From the IMG/VR virus record IMGVR_UViG_3300030055_000004: 64,000 nucleotides of DNA. The stretch is one strand, 5' to 3'. This DNA is from a virus. Its lineage: Duplodnaviria > Heunggongvirae > Uroviricota > Caudoviricetes. Numbering within the stretch: position 1 is the first letter of the stretch; each line of letters opens with the position of its first letter. Positions 60,530-64,000 of the stretch are shown here, in pieces. The position numbers and the translations under genes are program-made. The notes beneath the pieces are model-generated. The model was not told the DNA's origin and searched no databases. It saw only the letters and a program-made list of their open reading frames with translations.

Positions 60530-61021
60530 CTATTTCTCTGCATTTTTTTCTGATATTTTAAGATCTTCAATCATAGTTTTAATAATTATTATTCTAGTAT
60601 TAAAATCATTTCTGTCCCACCAATAAGCTCTTTCAAAATCTGGTGTAAGAAGCATTTTTCTTTCACAAATTTCTTCAATATAATCTTTATTAAATAAAGG
60701 AAAAATTTTATTAACAGTATAATAAAGAGTTACTGAATTATGTCGTATTTCTTGTACTAAATTTTTAAAAAAACATATACATAAACCATTATATTCTTTT
60801 TTTATTAAAAATTTTAAAACACTTTTAAGTACTTTCATTTCATAAGAACTAGATTTTGGATAAAATATTAATATTAAACAAATAATTATACAAAATCCAA
60901 TAAATTCTATTAAACAAAAAGGATTTGGATTTACATCAAAGCCTATTGCTATTGAACACATCATAATATGCAATATTATTAAAGCATAAATTATATTATT
61001 CCGAGAAAAGAGATTCTTCAT
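60530..61021 (-). CDS. membrane protein
   Basis: 163 aa with two N-terminal transmembrane segments. Confidence 0.25.
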   Translation of the reverse strand: MKNLFSRNNIIYALIILHIMMCSIAIGFDVNPNPFCLIEFIGFCIIICLILIFYPKSSSYEMKVLKSVLKFLIKKEYNGLCICFFKNLVQEIRHNSVTLYYTVNKIFPLFNKDYIEEICERKMLLTPDFERAYWWDRNDFNTRIIIIKTMIEDLKISEKNAEK

Positions 61022-61427
61022 TTTCTTTAAGTATTAAATAACGATCACCATACTGAGTTTCATTAACTTCTGCACCTATTAATAACTCTTGAGCCTTTTC
61101 AGAATCTTGAGTTATTAATAGATCAGCAGTTTTTTCCATACAAACAATCATATATATTATTTTAAAAATGCGTTAACAATTTCATGATTAGCATTAGGAC
61201 TAATATTGAGATTGAAACAGGTTTGATTCCGAGATTGTGTTTTCACACCACCAACTGTTTTATTAGTTGTATTAGTTGAAGATACAATAATTCCTTTTTT
61301 TTCAAATGATACTGATTTAGAGTTACTTATAACTGTTAAATCTAAATTTTGAGCGGGAGTTTTTTTAATTAATTCCATAATGTTTTGAGTTTTTTTAAAT
61401 GTTTTTATTTGTAGTTTATATATTAAA

Positions 61428-61988
61428 TCAATTAGTATCATTTGGATAATGTATTTCTTTATGGCAATTTGAACACACAAGAATACATTTATTCATTTCT
61501 AATAATAATCTATCTAAATTCGTAGTTTTAGCATTACCTAATGAAAATTCTTTTTCTTTAGGATCTATATGATGAAATTCTAAAGCGGCTATACATTTAT
61601 TGTAACCACAAATAGAACATTTATTTCCAAATTTACTTAATATTTCTATTTTACGACGTTTTAGTAAAGAATGTTGTTCTTTATAATTGCATTTTTTACA
61701 ATAAGATGTTAATGCCTCATTCTTTCTGATATAAAAATCCTCTACTGGTAATATATTATGACATTTACCACACTCTTTTGTTCCGGCAATAATTGGAGTT
61801 TTAGGTTTATTTTGTATACTTTTATGATCAGAATGTAAATCATATTTATTCATATGATATCTAATACCTGCACCAGTATATCCTAATTGTTTACCAACTT
61901 CATTTGTACTAAATCCTTGATTTAATAATTCTTCTAATAATTCTTTTGTTATTTTTTTCTTTTCCATATAATTTTTTTTACTACACAA
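61428..61988 (-). CDS. HNH homing endonuclease
   Basis: 186 aa. N-terminal HTH-like segment, then a CGKCHN...CKKC...CSICG...EFHHIDPKEKEF...LVCSNCHKEIH HNH/zinc-finger motif. Confidence 0.55.
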   Translation of the reverse strand: MCSKKNYMEKKKITKELLEELLNQGFSTNEVGKQLGYTGAGIRYHMNKYDLHSDHKSIQNKPKTPIIAGTKECGKCHNILPVEDFYIRKNEALTSYCKKCNYKEQHSLLKRRKIEILSKFGNKCSICGYNKCIAALEFHHIDPKEKEFSLGNAKTTNLDRLLLEMNKCILVCSNCHKEIHYPNDTN

Positions 61989-62188
61989 AGGTAATAAAAA
62001 ATTCTTATTGAAAAGTATGAAAAGTAAAACTTCTCAAAAATAAATAATAACGTGAAAAGAATACAAAAATATATACTTTAAGAATCAATTTATAAAAAAT
62101 ATCATCTTAAAATATATATAGAATCTCGCTAACTTGGAAAGTTATTTGAGTTATTTTTTAAATTAATATTTATAATTACAATGATATA

Positions 62189-62698
62189 TCATATTGTAAA
62201 AGTTTGATTTTTTGTAATTTTAGATTCTACATTACCTTTATATAGTTGAAGAGAATCACTTATAATAATTGAAGGTATTCTTATTAAAGTATATAATGGC
62301 ACATTTTCAGTTACTAATAAACAATCAAAATTTAATTCTTTTTCTTTTATTACTTTTGAAATTATATTAATAGTTTTACCTGAACAAATAAAATCATCTA
62401 CTATAATATTTATTCCATCAGAAATATAATAAATATAAGAACCATGATGATTTTCTTCACCATCTTTTTTAACATGGCAAATTGTAGTGTTATATTGTTT
62501 TTTAATTAATTTACTAGCAATAATAGCAGCAATAATAGCACCAGAAGAACCACGACACCAAAGATTAATTCTTATTTTTTTTGAATAAAGTTTTGATAAT
62601 TTAATAGCCATATTATTAATAGTAACTAAATTATCTGAAATATGCTCAGCAACTGGATAATCTATACCCCCTTCAAATGAATAAAATTTAATTTCCAT
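62189..62698 (-). CDS. phosphoribosyltransferase-fold (type I PRTase) protein
   Basis: 169 aa. INIIVDDFICSGKTI matches the PRPP-binding motif (VLIVDDVLTTGGT type). Confidence 0.45.
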   Translation of the reverse strand: MEIKFYSFEGGIDYPVAEHISDNLVTINNMAIKLSKLYSKKIRINLWCRGSSGAIIAAIIASKLIKKQYNTTICHVKKDGEENHHGSYIYYISDGINIIVDDFICSGKTINIISKVIKEKELNFDCLLVTENVPLYTLIRIPSIIISDSLQLYKGNVESKITKNQTFTI

Positions 62699-63572
62699 AT
62701 ATTTTTTTAATTTAATAATGCTTTATATTCTTCTATCATATTAATTTAAAAAATAATGAGTAAAACTTATTTCTAAGAAACCTCATTGCTCAATTACTTG
62801 TGAAGTTATTAAGTTTTTTATTTTGTATAATTTATTTTATCTAACGACAACGTTTATACACGTGACGACTGCCTTTTTTATATACCGTATGAGTTAACGG
62901 TTTATTAAATCTACTAAAGACTGATTTTTACTCAATGCATCTTATAGGCAATACACAATCCTGTTTGCTCAAGAGGAGAATTGCAGTAGATTTATATTTT
63001 AATAGGTAAGAATTCAGTAAATCAATTTACCAACATCTAATTTTGTATCCTATTAAATCCGGGTTTTCAGAATATCAAGTTCACGTTGAATGCGCACACG
63101 ATCTGAATCAGTTAACGAAATTGGTTTTGTAGTATTAACACCCATCTTTTTAGATGGATTTTTTACTTCGGATTTTAATTGGGCATTTAATCTTTCGATA
63201 ACACCCTTACGACGAGATTTTGTTGCTATAAGCAACGAGTGATTAACTCCATTCTTTTTAGTCATGAGAACTTCTTTGTTAATGATTTATATTAAAAAGC
63301 TTTAATGCTCCTAAGCACCTTTACAGATTTCTGAGTCTGTGCCTTTATTGTTTAAAAATTGTTAACACTTTCCAAAGGTGTTAAAGTTATTATATGGGCA
63401 TGACTCCTTAACCACCCGAAGGCTTATAAGGTCACCAGCCAGCATTTAGAAATTGGCATACATAACTCTAAGATTTGATTTATGGAATTAATATATTAAT
63501 ACCAACCTCACCAACAAGGTCTTTGGTTCTTTACAGTATTACTACAGAATCAAATTTTAAACTTAGCAATTC

Positions 63573-63989
63573 TTATTTATTAAATAACAATTTCGTGTCA
63601 GCAGACACAAATCCTTCCTTATATTCCAATAGTGGAAGATGCAGGAAATGATTATAGATAACGCCAGGAAATGTAGTCAAGAGCAAATTATGATTTTTTG
63701 CTATATCTTGTTTTTTATTTTCTATGGCACTATTTTCGGCAAACCGGGCAGTTATGAATGTACTAAGCTCTTTATAAAATACAGTAAATTCCTCATATGG
63801 AATATTCTGATTTTCATGAGACCATTTCCAGGCAACATTAGGACCATCAGTTCTTGCTGACATTATAATACTGGTAACAGTAAGAAATGTTTCTTTATTT
63901 AAGTTTGTGATTGTGGTTTTTTCCTTAAATGCAAGATAATAATTGTCGTAAGTTGTAACCTGATTCTGTTCCAAAGCTTTATACTCCAA
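63573..63989 (-). CDS. hypothetical protein
   Basis: 138 aa ORF that extends to the window edge. Confidence 0.2.
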   Translation of the reverse strand: MEYKALEQNQVTTYDNYYLAFKEKTTITNLNKETFLTVTSIIMSARTDGPNVAWKWSHENQNIPYEEFTVFYKELSTFITARFAENSAIENKKQDIAKNHNLLLTTFPGVIYNHFLHLPLLEYKEGFVSADTKLLFNK

Positions 63990-64000
63990 TTTGTAACCGG

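Noticed and set aside
1-64000. Genome-wide use of translation table 4 (a Mollicute host)
   Set aside because: Long early genes contain no internal TGA and encode all Trp residues as TGG. If TGA were Trp genome-wide, these ORFs would already be intact and TGA would be frequent. Recoding therefore appears restricted to late genes.
1-64000. CRISPR arrays or integrase/att sites
   Set aside because: No repeat-spacer arrays were seen. No tyrosine or serine recombinase is recognisable among the ORFs. The tRNA 3' fragments are not flanked by an integrase gene.

Overview
AT-rich (about 28-30% GC), densely packed window in which almost every gene runs on the minus strand. It looks like the replication, nucleotide-metabolism and accessory region of a large lytic tailed phage, possibly one infecting a Bacteroidota-like host (starts lack Shine-Dalgarno sequences; one lipoprotein has an LSSC lipobox).

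Recognisable content by region:
- Replication module (1-12 kb): TOPRIM primase-like protein, SSB-like protein, Sak4/RecA-like ATPase, DnaB-like helicase, NADAR protein, an SF2 DEVH helicase interrupted by an about 1.3 kb group-I-intron-like insertion that carries a GIY-YIG homing endonuclease, a free-standing HNH endonuclease, and a family B DNA polymerase.
- tRNA repair and nucleotide genes (14-18.6 kb): T4-Pnk-like polynucleotide kinase (kinase domain only), ATP-dependent RNA ligase, ThyX-like protein.
- Short structural block (19.1-22.3 kb): a tail-fibre gene and a glycine-rich protein gene. Their reading frames contain four in-frame TGA codons, each at a position where tryptophan fits. All early genes use the standard code, so this looks like late-gene UGA-to-Trp recoding.
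- NAD+ metabolism cluster (23-33 kb): two calcineurin-like metallophosphoesterases, MgtC-like membrane protein, macro-domain protein, nicotinamide phosphoribosyltransferase (NadV), bifunctional NMN adenylyltransferase/Nudix (NatV), RNase H, DEDDh exonuclease.
- tRNA island (35.4-42.5 kb): about 22 minus-strand tRNA genes, several with aberrant stems, one with an about 60 nt insertion. Interspersed are seven HNH/DUF559-type homing-endonuclease genes, a PTH2-like peptidyl-tRNA hydrolase and a CCA-adding enzyme. No tRNA with a UCA anticodon was found.
- 3' third of the window (45-64 kb): MazG-like protein, a pair of paralogous repeat proteins with conserved N- and C-termini, an SPFH lipoprotein, a PRTase-fold protein, and several ORF-free islands that are richer in GC than their surroundings. 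These islands contain a tRNA-like element with no anticodon arm and two tRNA 3'-end fragments.

Many additional small minus-strand ORFs are hypothetical and are not all listed.
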